Origin: Chiloscyllium plagiosum
Taxonomy: Eukaryota
DNA length: 64,000 bases
Assembly: GCF_004010195.1 (NCBI RefSeq)
Contig: NW_025215357.1
Span: 1,486-65,485 of the forward strand
Direction: 5' to 3'
Shown one piece after another: positions 10,482 through 22,590 of the stretch. The notes below the pieces were generated by a model. The model saw only the letters and a program-made list of their open reading frames with translations, was not told the DNA's origin and did not search any database. Every line of letters begins with the position of its first letter. Position 1 is the first letter of the stretch. The position numbers and the translations under genes are program-made.

Positions 10482-11091
10482 GTTAGGAAGGCAAATGCAA
10501 TGTTAGCGATTCATTTGGAGACGGCGAGAATACAAGAGCAGAGGTTGTATGAGGTGCTGGTCAGACAGCAGTTAGAATATTGTCAGCAAATTTGGGCCCC
10601 AAATCTAAGGAAGGATGTGCTGGTATTGGAGGGGGTTCAGAGGAGGGTTACAAGAATGATCCTGGGGGTGAAGAGCTTGCCAGATGACAAGCGGTTGATG
10701 AGTTTGGGTCTTTACACGTCGAGTTCATAAGGCTAGGTATTGGTGGATTTAAAAACTTGCAGAATATTGAGAAAGGATAGAATGGACGTGGAGAAGATGT
10801 TTCCAACTAGAGACTCGAACCTGGGGGGTAGCCTCAAGGGACAGGCCTAAAGGGAAGACATTTTCGAACTGAGATGAGGAGGAATTTCTTCTGCCTGAGG
10901 GTGGTGAATCTGTGGGACTCATTGTAGCAAAAGGACGTAGTCATTGAGTGTCTTTAAGACAGAGCTAGATAGGCTCTTGATTAGTAAGGGGATCAAGGAA
11001 TACTGAGAAAACATATCAGCCATGATCCAATGGCGGAGCAGACTCGATGGGCCGAATGGCCTAATTCTGCTCCTATACCTTATGCTCTTAT
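10482..11091 (+). mobile_element. CR1 LINE 3' end
   Basis: ORF 10500-10730 (LVRQQLEYCQQIWAPNLRKDV...QRRVTRMILG); terminal gggccgaatggcctaattctgctcctat plus short-repeat tail. Confidence 0.9.
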
Positions 11092-13149
11092 AACCTTACA
11101 ATGTTGTTGACTCTACCCCACTACTAAGCATATGACAACGGCTTGAAGATACAGTTCAAAAGGGAAATTGGAACAATCATAATGAAAGGTTACCTCACAA
11201 CTTGGTGCATTTGCAGGAGTTAGGCCAGTTCCCCAGTACTCTGGGTTCTCAGGAGGGGCTCTGATGCTAGGGAACGGTGGCACGGAGGTTTGAGTTGTGC
11301 CAGTCTATTCCAAATAGATGTTAACCAACAGGAGCACGACCCTGTTAAAGTATTTCTGAAAATGCTGGTGTGTTGTTGATGCTTACGAATTATATTTACA
11401 AGGCAACTTGTGTTTAGCAGTAGGCCTTTATTTATTTGACAGCCACTACTAGATGTTGCGTGTGAATTGAAAGGCTGGAAAGACTGACTTGTCTCCTGTA
11501 CCGATTCCTGAAGAAATCCGTATATTCTTAGAGACGGGAGGACAGTCCCGATTCCAACGTTAATTGTAAACGTCTCAATAAAACTGACTTGGAGTCGCTG
11601 TGGCGGACTTTATTTTAAATTCAGAGCCAGGACCAGTTTCACAGAGAGAGAAAACAAAACTTTCTCACACTGAAGAGAGGCTGTGACTATATTAGCAAGC
11701 TGTCCTTTTCTATTCGATAACGGCTAATGCTTTCAGTGGCCTGGGCAGCAGGTGGTTAATGTTTTGTTCTGTTTATGGCAAGAGGGCCAAACTCCGCAGC
11801 TACCTTTAAAGACGGCGTGTTCAGTGCAAGTTACAACACGCTATAACGCCGACATGAGTGATGGGACAATTGGAAGTGAATGTGTGGGGGCCGCTTAGCT
11901 CTGATGGCTCCGAGGGTGACTCAGAATGAGAAGCACGGAGCGGGTTCACTCTCTGAATCGGCGCTTGTCGAAGGTGCCCCCCACCCCCCAAACCCATATC
12001 CAAGCCATTTACTCTCTCTCATTGATAACCAAAACTGGCGAACGTGTCTCAGAGGCAGCGGGAGATTGCAACCCAATTCGCGTTTACTTTCTCCTAACTT
12101 CAAAAGAACTGCAGAAATACCGCCCTCCTGCTTTCTTATATATGTATGAATCCAGAACAAAGTTAATTAGTAGCAAGCACGCCCTTCTGACAATGAATTA
12201 AAAACAGCTGATTTTAAAAATCGTTGGGAGTGATGGATTGATGCAGTCTGCGGGTTGTTTGCTTTGGAACACCTTCATCAGATCGCCCTTTGTTAAAATA
12301 TGATTCATTCCTGCACATTTGACAACAGCCAAAATTGGTTTAAACCCCAATATGTTTCCACTCTTGAAACTAGAACAGACGCTACCGTTCAGTTCTGACC
12401 TCCCGTCCCCCCATTCCCACTGACCTGATGGGGTTCCGTGGAATGGGGTGGTGGGGGGTGACTGGAATGGTGTTTGTTTTGCCTACTCTATGTAAAGGTT
12501 CCAGTTGGAGCATCTACATTTTACTGAGCAGCTTTAATGTTTACCACATACGTAAACTGTCAATTTCTTTCAAAAGAATGATTATCGTCACATGAACCTA
12601 GGTATAGTGAAAAGTTTTGTTTTGAGTGTAGTACAGGCAGATCATACCATACAAAGTGCATGGAGTAACAGAAGTGCTACTGCTGCAGAGAAGGTGCATG
12701 CAAATATGAGCATGTTTGCAATTAGTAACTTATGCATGAAACCAGGGCCATCTGTTCAGCACTGGTAACTACTGGAATCAGGTCCACAGGCAAGAGAGGT
12801 TGCACTCCCGACCCGTTTCGTTCCAGCTTGAAGGAGGTTTTTCCGATCAGCCTGATCGATTCTTTCTCAATAACCTTGTTCAAATAACAGTCGAAAGCGG
12901 AGCTTTGAACCCTCATGTTGTTCTTAAATATTGAAACATGTTTGCTGGTGATTGAGATATCCAGTAACTACTCCCAGTTTGGCAAGTCTGTGAGAGAAAG
13001 CACAAGCACTCTCAGCCCCAGAAAGCTGCAGGGTCACACAGAATCTCACTGGATCAAATGCCTGTACGTATCCATTAAACGTGCGTTCAGAGAAAAAAAC
13101 CTCTATTATGGAAAACTAAAATAAAACAAATTACATCGGGAAAGGAAAA

Positions 13150-13260
13150 CGGAGCGCTCCGAAAGCTAGTGCTTCCAATTAAACCTGTTGGACTATAACC
13201 TGGTGTGGTGTGATTTTTAACTTTGTACACCCCAGACCAACACCGGCATCTCCAAATCAT
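13150..13260 (+). mobile_element. Penelope-like terminal-repeat fragment
   Basis: ggagcgctccgaaagctagtgcttccaattaaacctgttggactataacctggtg; a related reverse fragment lies at about 34735-34815. Family assignment is from recall. Confidence 0.6.
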
Positions 13261-14279
13261 TTCAGATTAATATCCGCATTGCTAAAGCTGTATTCTGGAA
13301 TTTGAATTAAAAACATATTGTAGTTATTTTGAAAAGGAAATGGTTTTTTGGGATATGGGTAGCCCAGCCCACGCTTATTTTACTGTATATCCACAGTTTT
13401 CCCATATAGCGGAATGGCCTTTCAGAGCGACTGCGTTGCGTGGCCACTTCCCCTGTTTCAAGGAACTTCAACAAATATCTGGGGCATTTCCTCATTTAAA
13501 AATTGAAAGCCATACGTACGTGACAACACCTGTACACGTCGCCTAAATACTTTGGCTACATGGGCTACAAGCTGAAGTTACACGTTGCATCGCGTCATTT
13601 CGGGGGATGACAGTGCAAATGCACTGGACCTGAAATCTCAGCTGAGAACTGCGCTCACAACGAGCGAGTGACACAAGGGACTCGTGGTGCGACTCGAGCT
13701 TCGGTCTGAGCTGGCCTCTGAGTCAAGTTCCATGTGAGGCCATGTAAATTTACTGTTAAATATTCAAATTTCCCGTGCAGACATTCTATTTGAGTGCTAA
13801 GCAATGATCCGCACGCACAAACAAGGTATTAAGTTAGGGAGTGTAACATCTGGAGGTGGGTGTGTGAGGGTGAGAACGAGGGCAAGCAGAAGTGAGTGAT
13901 TGCAGCGGGAGCGATGTGGTTGTGAAGCAGTCTCAGAAAGCTTGAGCCGGTGACAAGTGATCCATGGAAAAGCAATCTCTTGCTTTCTTATGTTCAGTAG
14001 GTGCTAGAACCCTGGCTATTACTGTAACACATAGGTTAGGACTTGTAACAAATAGGTAGATCTTTCACAGGAGAAATGGTCAGCACACTGCTACCAAGTC
14101 TCAATGTGTTGGTCCCACAGCAGAATGATACTCTGAGATTAATGACCTCAACAATAATTCTTATGTTTAGTAAAACATCACAATTATTTTCAAATTTGTT
14201 TATATAGGGAAAAAAAGTCAGAAACAAACAGTTCAAACAAAAACGAAAGTGTAAATGTAAATATCATTATATTTAAGAT

Positions 14280-14415
14280 AAAAGTAAAATCCTGTGAATG
14301 CTGGGGATCTGAAATACAAACAGAAAGTGCTGTGGAAACACAGCATGATTAGCAGCATCTGTCAGGAGAGAAACAGTGTTAATCTTTCAAGTCCGATATG
14401 ACTCTTCTCCAGAAC
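14280..14415 (-). mobile_element. Old Penelope-derived short repeat
   Basis: Degenerate version of the gatgctggagatc...cagcatctg family; similar pieces at about 40620-40720 and 60145-60250. Confidence 0.5.
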
Positions 14416-17299
14416 TATTATTATGGTAGTCAACTGAGATGACTGCTTTCCAGCATTAACAAGTGGTTGGTGCTGTTAGATTCTGCTCAACCAATTTTCC
14501 TCTTGAATCAAATAGTGACATTGTAATGTTCGGCAGCAATTACACATCTCAACACTCACTTGAAAGGGTTTTCTTCATTCATTTGAAATGAAAAGGCTGC
14601 TTATAGTTTGTTATGTTGATGAATTAACTTGAAACTTGACGTGCTTTCAGACCATTCATTTAGTTAAATGACCTAAAGCATTTTACATGAAAAAAGGCAC
14701 TGAACAAAGGCTAGGGAAGAACTAGGGGAAGTGACCAAAGCCAAAGTTGAAGAAGTAAATCTTCACCAGGCACTTCGAAAAGCAGAAAGAAATAACTAGG
14801 CTTGTGGAGGTAATGGAGTGACATCATAGTACTTTAGTGAAGCCCTAATTTGAGGTGTTATTAAGAAGTTCAGAGTGTGAAGAGAAATGGGCAGATAGAA
14901 TCTCACAGAGTCACAGAGTGAGGAAAAGATGCGATCACAAAGGGTATTGCAGACCAGGATCAAGTCAGAGGCTGAACAGAAATAATGCAAGTGAGGGGCA
15001 GGTTATCGGCATCAGAACTGTGGTTACATTTTGTATGGTGGAGTTTTCTGTAAAAGCTATGCAGGGTGTTGGTATCTTCTAGTGGGTTTTCTCATGAACT
15101 GATAAACTCAGGTTTGTGCACATTTACAGTGTTTCTAGAAAAATTGATATGAAGACATTTCACAGGAGATGATCCAGGTGACTGAACTGGCCAGGCTGGA
15201 TCAGATCCAATAACAAGGGAGTTATTTGATCCCAGCATTGCTGCTGAGTTCTCAGAATGGGATTTAGTAGTAGTAGTGGTAAGCGTAGTTCTGAAGGGAG
15301 GAAATCTGTCTAAACACATTTGTAATTTGGCTATAAAGTGTTCAGAGCAATCGTTCCTCTTTAATTTGGCATTTTCATATATGTTTACATGGATTCAGAA
15401 AATGCAAAAGCAAAATTAATTTCTGTAAAATTAACTTGCATTAAATTTTATCTTGTGCAATACACTACTGCCTCACTTAGTTTGAAGTTGCCTAAAATGT
15501 GATGCAAGTATTTGTCATTGCCAAGAGTAACAATTGTATTCCCAGGACATTCCCTGTTTGGAGAGGGGCAAGAAGAGGAAGTGATCTGGGAGCATACTAT
15601 ATTGGGCTTCTGTTTTTATTATTATAAGGCAGCTGGAAATTCAATTTTGTTGGTGCTTTTAACCCATGAACGTAGGACAAATTGTATGACAATGGGAGTG
15701 TTGGCAGCTGTGAACCCCTCATGTTCTGTATACCTCTGTGGACAACTCTGCTTAAACCCTTCTTAAAGGAATAGTTTCACTGCCGATTCTATCAGAGTGA
15801 TCACCAAGTTGTGACACATGAAATATGCTGTGGCAAGTGGGAAATGTAATTGCACAGATACAAAGAAACACCAAAATATTTGACATTTGAAATAAATCTG
15901 CAGAAGGCAGGAAATGCACAGCAGATTGGTTAAGGTTTGAAAGAGAAAAAGATGGATACATCAGCTATGGTTTCCATTTCCTTCTGGAAAATTCTCTCTG
16001 ATGGACGTTTGGTGATAATAGGTTCGTGTTAGACTGGACTGTCCAAGTATAACTCAATGGCAATATTTTAGGTTCATACATGAAGAATGACCAAAGTCTC
16101 CCAAGTGCAAAAAATAAACCCAGATGAATCAGGATTTTAAACTGAAAAGATAACTCATGAACTGCTGGAATGCTTAGAGCGTGTCCTTTACCTGCTCTGT
16201 TGAACACTGGAAACAAATTTTCACTTCAACTTTTCAAATTCTAACCAATCAATCAATAATAGGAACACTCATCATTCCCTTTTCATGTGATCATGGTTTC
16301 TGTGTTAGTTTTATTTTACCAATAAGTTTGACACACACTAGCGGGTGAAGCAAAAAGGTAAGAATTCAATTGGAAAAGTTTAGTTTCATTTAGCCTCTAA
16401 TCATTGTTAGTAATGTAATTAATACCCTGACTTGTGGTTTCTTTTCTAAACATGAAAGTAACTGAATTGGGAAAGAAGCTATTTTAAAAGGCTGAATGAG
16501 GAAATAGGTTACGAAAGATATTAAGAATGATACAGATTATCGGAAAAAAGGATGACTGTGAGAGCAAAGGTGATTGCTCAGTAGCAATGACCTGAAAACA
16601 ATAAGATGCAGTAATAAGTTTTTTTTTATTGTTGCAATGATTGCATAGGAGGAATGAGAGAGATGTAACAACCTTCTAATGGAAGGTCATTACAAGTCTT
16701 GGCAGAGAGGACAAGAGATTGGAGACTATAGGTGATTAAGTACAGGGTCAGTAGGATTCTGTTTGCTACAAAACAGAGTTTAAAGAAAAACAAAATTAAA
16801 ATAGGATCCCGTAAGTATATAAACAATGTACACAGACCACGGTTACCTAAAACTCTATCAGGATTCACACAGTTGTCAAAAAATTTGAATTTATCTTTCT
16901 CCCTATATCTATGCAAAGATAAATGGGTGTTAGTTTTTTTCTTAAGTTGTAAGTACAAGTTGTTGAATGTGTAAGTTAGTCACATCACAACAAGGAAAAC
17001 AGTGGAACCTGTGTGAACCAAGCAGGTTAAGAATTGTAAAGGAAATCTCGAAGATTTGAAAAGTAGGTAACATCTACAATGGCTGATTTCAATGTCAGAT
17101 CAGGTACAGAAAGAGAAATAAACAAATATAAAATTGTTTGGATTGAGAGAAGTAAAAAGAAGATAAAAAAGGACTTAAAATACAGTTTACATTAAATAGG
17201 TTTAAAATATCCAACAATTAAGACCTGAAGGAATGCAACTTCATATTTGGAATATTTAATTACCGTGCCAGAGAAAATTAATAGATTTCATGTCATTTC

Positions 17300-17600
17300 T
17301 TTGACAGCACCCCTCAAACCTGCAATCTCCACCGTCTAGATGATTCAGGGCAGAAGGAATATTGTTACACTATCACCTCCAAGTTCCTCTCCAAGTCACA
17401 CACCATCCTGACTTGGAAGTGTATCACTGTACCTTCGTCATCATTGAGTTATTAGCCTAACATACCCTACCTAATAGCACTCACCACATAAATTGCAGTG
17501 GTCCAAGAAGGCAGCTCACTGCCCCCTTTACAAGAGCAATTAGATATGGGGCAATAAATGCTGGCCTTGCCAGTGAAGTCCATATCCTGTGAATTAATAA
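17300..17600 (+). mobile_element. LINE 3' end fragment (CR1/L2 group)
   Basis: caagaaggcagctcac...gcaataaatgctggccttgccag tail shared with about 3745-3915, 46060-46460 and 58530-59040. Confidence 0.7.
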
Positions 17601-18789
17601 AACAATAACATGGTACAGAGACTGAAATGGAAAAGGTTTAACTGTGAAGGAGAGTGTATGCTTGTATCTGTTGTACATGCTGTTCAATGATCAGGCAGAC
17701 AATGAGATATTGTTTTCATGAAAGTAATGATGAAATGATGTTACCTGAATGGCAGCTGCTGGATTTTTGTGTTGAATTCTCCATCTACCCTCACCTAAAG
17801 TTCCATTTACATTTGAGCGTAAATATCGGTGAAAGCTTCTTGGCTCACCATTGTTCTGAGAGCAAGTTTGGGGCCAGAATTTAGATGAAATGAAGGAAAC
17901 ATGAAAAGAAAACTGATTTGTGAGTTGAAGCCTAATTACTGAATTACAGCAGCTTTTGTATGACACAACAAAAGTGGTGTATTCACTACTGGAAAAACTA
18001 ATCAGATATTTTGTTAGACTTGAAGCAAAGTTGTTTTAGTTGAATTTTCATGTTGATTCGTTAATAAAAGACATACCCTGACTGTGACCTTTCCTCTGGT
18101 AATTTAATATATATTTATATACATATATGATGTCAGCATTTTTCTTTGATTTGCAAAATGTTTAGGGTGGTTCCCATCAGAGAATCTAGACAACAATATT
18201 CAGGAACCTACTACTGTTTAATTATTCAAGCCTCTGGATAGAAAAGATTGGTATCTGATTCCTGCAGCTTTTTTGAATTGGATTTCATTGTGTATACTAA
18301 GATAGAAGTAAAAATTTGGGCAGGTCTTGTTCAATTTCCCAAGCGACTTTATTTTTTCCCCTGTTGATTAGGGTCACTTTCAGGCTCAGTGTGTTATAGA
18401 CATTAGGTTTAGTTAGATTTGGTATGTTGTTTTTCAGAAGTAAAACGAGATTTTTAACTGTTGACTGAACAGAGGTACTTTCCTTATTTTAAAAAAAACA
18501 TTTTACATTTCAAATCCAATGTATATCTTTTAACTTGGTTATCATTTTTGAAGTATGTCATTGAGTATATCAATTGATCTTTTTGTCTTCTGGATTTGAT
18601 CTGAACGATGATAAATAAATAAGCATAATAAGATTTGAACTGAATGTGGCTTTGTCACTTACTCATCAAAGAACTATCACTTTCCTAGACAACTGTACTG
18701 AAACAAAAATTCGATTCCAATTAATTTGCAAGATTTCATGATAAATAATAATGTCCTGCAGAAATACATGACAAGTTTCCTAGTTGGAG

Positions 18790-19088
18790 GCGAAAGTGAG
18801 GGCTGCAGATGCTGGAGATCAGAGCCGAAAATGTGTTGCTGGAAAAGTGCAGCAGGTCAGGCAGCATCCAAGGAACAAGAGAATCGACGTTTCGGGCATG
18901 AGCTCTTCTTCAGGAACTTCTTGATTCCTGAAGAACATGAGCCCTTCTTCAGGAATCAAGAAGTTCCTGAAGAAGAGCTCATGCACGAAACGTCGATTCT
19001 CCTGCTCCTTGGATGCTGCCTGACCTGCTGCGCTTTTCCAGCAACACATTTTCAGCTCTGATCTCCAGCATCTGCAGTCCTCACTTTC
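18790..19088. mobile_element. Fold-back (about 300 bp palindrome) Penelope-derived element with minimal hammerhead motifs on both arms
   Basis: Arms are near-perfect reverse complements around a catgagccc spacer near 18940. CTGAAGA-stem II-GAAAC-GTC at 18967-18994 (+), mirrored at about 18881-18916 (-). Confidence 0.8.
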
Positions 19089-19989
19089 TGCTAGACTGAA
19101 TCATGAGCATAGATTCTGAGACCTTTTTGTTTCCTCCAGTCAAATATTGGGAAGACTAAAGTTGTCACCTTTGGGTTGGCGCACAACCTTTGCTATTGCT
19201 CAATCCCCCTCCCCAGCCAATATTTCAGGCTGAACCAGTCTGACTGCAGACTCGGTATCTTGTTCAAACCTGAGCTGGGCTTCTGATACCCTTTCCTTTG
19301 ATCATAAAGATCAGTTACTTATCATCCCTGTAATATTGGTCACCTCCACCCACTCCACCTGCCTTAGCCCAACTGCCACTCAAACCCTTAGGCATGTCTT
19401 TGTTGTCACAGAATTGATTATTCCAACATTTGGCAAGCTGGACATCAATTCTTTATTGTCTATAAATTCCAATTCATTCACAATCCTGCTGTTTCATTCC
19501 TATCCTATATGTCTATGACTACCTATTACCCTCATTGTTTCAGGAGTAATAGATCATCTGTTTTTAAATGTTTCCCTGAGCTTGTCTCTCATTCCAAAAC
19601 TATCATGTTCTCTGCAAACTTTCTCTGTATCTGAATCTAGCCAATTGAGTACTCTGCGCTCTTTTAAACCATTTTTGTTTCCTCAGCTGTATCTTTGGGC
19701 ACTCATTCCCACTTTTTTGGATTTACTTCCTAAATCTTCCTACCTTCTTCTATTTTTCAAATTCTTGATAGACAAGCTCTCCAGGCAAGCGTTACACCAC
19801 CCATCCATGTACAAATTCCCTTCTCCTCTTTCTTCAAACCTCTGGTGATGACCTTCAGCTTTATTAAATCTTAAAGATGCTACATAAAGCTGCAACAATA
19901 CATTGCTGTTGAGCTAGAAACAAATTTACATGTTATTGTAAATTTGCAATTAAACATTGACTTTATCAATCGAGCAGATTTGCCATTTT

Positions 19990-20600
19990 CATTGATAAAA
20001 GAGACCATTTGGACTGAGGTGCTAAATGTAGCTCGTGGAAGAGCTATTGGGTTCACTCTATTCCCCTCCATTTTCACAAATCTGTAAAATGTTGCTTTTC
20101 TGTAAGTTTTTAATTTCCTTTTGCAATGTTTTGTTGAATCTGCTTCCACCACCCTTTCAATCAATGCATTCCAGATTATAACAATTCAATCCATAAAAGA
20201 AAAGTCTCCTCATTTCTTTTACCAGCTATCATAAATCTGTGATTTCTGGTTGTTATTCCTCCTGCTACTGTAAACAAATTTCCCTCCCTATTCTATCAAA
20301 ACTCCTCATCATTTCAAATATTTCCATTTAAGCTCTCCTCATCCTCTCTAATGTAACAATCTCAGCTTTTTTACTGTCTCCTTATCATCAAAGTTGTTAC
20401 TTGATGGTACCATTCCAGTATGTCCCATTTACACTCTCTTCAAGGTATCAACATCCTTCTAAATATGTGGTGCTCAGTATTGGATGCAATGCTTCAGCTG
20501 AAGCTTTCCCAGTGAAGAAGAAGGCACAATGTCCTGGCCTATGTACAATATGCATCCATTTTTAAATCCCAAGATCCTGGATGTTTTATTGACCTATCCT
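19990..20600 (-). mobile_element. Old CR1 LINE 3' fragment
   Basis: ORF 19880-20164 begins MIERVVEADS...KRKL, typical of the CR1 ORF2 C-terminus. Confidence 0.6.
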
Positions 20601-21418
20601 GTTCCTTTTAATTTAGAACTAAACGGTTCTGAAATCAGACTGAAAAAGAATGCAATTTAGAATGAAGAGTTATTATGAGAGCTAATTCATCTCAATTCAG
20701 GAGCAACAAATCTCCTTTTCATAGTTAAGAGGGGGGAAATGGCTTTGGAAGGAAATATAAATGTGTGCATCCTATCTAGATATGAATGATGCAATAAATA
20801 TTATTCCTTCTATATAAGCTAAGGATAACATCCAGACTTCTAACATCAGGACTCAATGACATTAAACCACCAAAGAAAGGTTACTGTAGTCTTCTCAACA
20901 TTTTTGTTTCCACAGATTTTTTAGAAGATTCATCATTAAGATACCCTTTGCAAATTTAATTTGCGCTATTGCTCCTAACATAATGTCCGACTAAAAATCT
21001 GTACATTTGAGGTCTGAATTGCTGTTCAGCATGTTTCAGCAAGACAAGATATCTGAGGTCTTGGGAAGCACAAGTCTAAGAAAATACTCCAACGCTCTGG
21101 GGAAAATTAGATAGCTATGGGACTGAGGAACAGTGTAATTTATGGGTGCATGAGTTCAAGTACATGTAGCACTTGAAATAACCTTAAATACCCTGAAATA
21201 GTATTCATTTTCAATAGGAGGAAAGTCACATTCTGTGAACCTGATATATACAGTTGATGTAATAAGGTCCATGAAGAGGAGTAATCTTTCTGTGGATGAA
21301 TTTACAAAAGTAATGACACACTTCCTTTCACTTTCCTGTTATTTTGCTGTTAGACATTTCTCAGTGTATCGGAAGGCGCATCTCCTGCTTTCAAAGGTGC
21401 TACATTCATTAACGGTTC

Positions 21419-22590
21419 TTAGAGTCATAGAGATGTACAGCATGGAACCAGATCCTTTGGTCTAACTCATCCGTGCCGACCAGATATCCCAATCCAATCT
21501 ATTCCAATTTGCCAGCACTTGGCCCATATCCCTCTAAACCCTTGCTATTCATGTACCCATCAAGATGCCTTTTAAATGTTGCAATTGTACCGGCCTCCAC
21601 TGCTTCCTCTGGCAGTTTATTCCATATACATACCACCCTCTGAGTGAAACTGTTGCCCCTTAGGTCCCTTTTATATCTTTCGTCTCTCACCCTATTCCTA
21701 TGCCCTCTAGTTCTGGACACCCCCACCCCAGGGAAAATACCTTGTCTATTTACCCTATCCATGCCCCTCATGATTTTATAAACGTCTATAAGGTCACTCC
21801 TAAGCCTCCTACGCTCCAGGGAAAACAGCCACATCCTATTCAGCCTCTCCCTATAGCTTGAATCCTTCAACCCTGGCAACATCCTTGTAAATCTTTCCTG
21901 AACCTTTTCAAGTTTCACAACATCCTTCCGATAGGAAGGAAACCAGAATTGCACTCAATATTCCAAAAGTGGTCTAACTCATCTCCTGCGGCTCCATGCA
22001 AAGGCTGCCTTGCTGATCTTTGATGGCCCCTATTCACTCCCTAGTCACCCTTCTGTCCTTAATGTATTTGTAAAAACCCTTTGGATTCTCCTTAACTCTA
22101 TCTGCCAAAGCTTTCTCATGTCCCCTTTTTGCCCTCTTGATTTCCCTCGTAAGTATACTCCTACAACCTTTATACTCTTCTAAGGATTTACTAGATCTGT
22201 CTTGTTTGTACCTGGCATATGATTCCTTCTTTTTCTGAACCAAACCCTCAACTTCTCTAGTCATCCAGCATTTCCTATATCTACCAGCCTTTCCTTTCAC
22301 CCTAACAGGAGTATGCTGTGTCTGGACTCTTGTTATCTCACTTCTGAAGGCTTCCCATTTTCCAGCCATCTCTTTACCTGCGAACATCTGCACCCAATCA
22401 GCTTTTGAAAGTTCTTGCGTAATACCGTCAAAATTAAACCTTCCTCCAATTTAGAACTTCAACTGTTAGACCTGGTCTTTTTTTTACATCACTATTTTAA
22501 AACTAACAGAATTGTGGTCGCTGGCCCCAAAGTGTTCCCCCACTGACACCTCAGTCACCTGCCCTGCCTTATTTCACAAGAGTAGGTCAA
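21419..22590 (-). mobile_element. CR1/HER1-type LINE with internal deletion of most of the RT domain
   Basis: ORF 21499-21954 is the ORF2 C-terminus and ORF 22034-22393 is the EN-RT linker; they are directly adjacent. Confidence 0.9.

Noticed and set aside
12400..12462. C-rich/G-rich tract as a G-quadruplex or hairpin
   Set aside because: G-runs are irregular and pairing is imperfect; there is no supporting context.
16320..16363. Strong donor aaaag|gtaaga resembling an alternative EPAS1 coding first exon
   Set aside because: The phase-2 frame has a TGA a few codons upstream and no in-frame ATG; no promoter features were seen.
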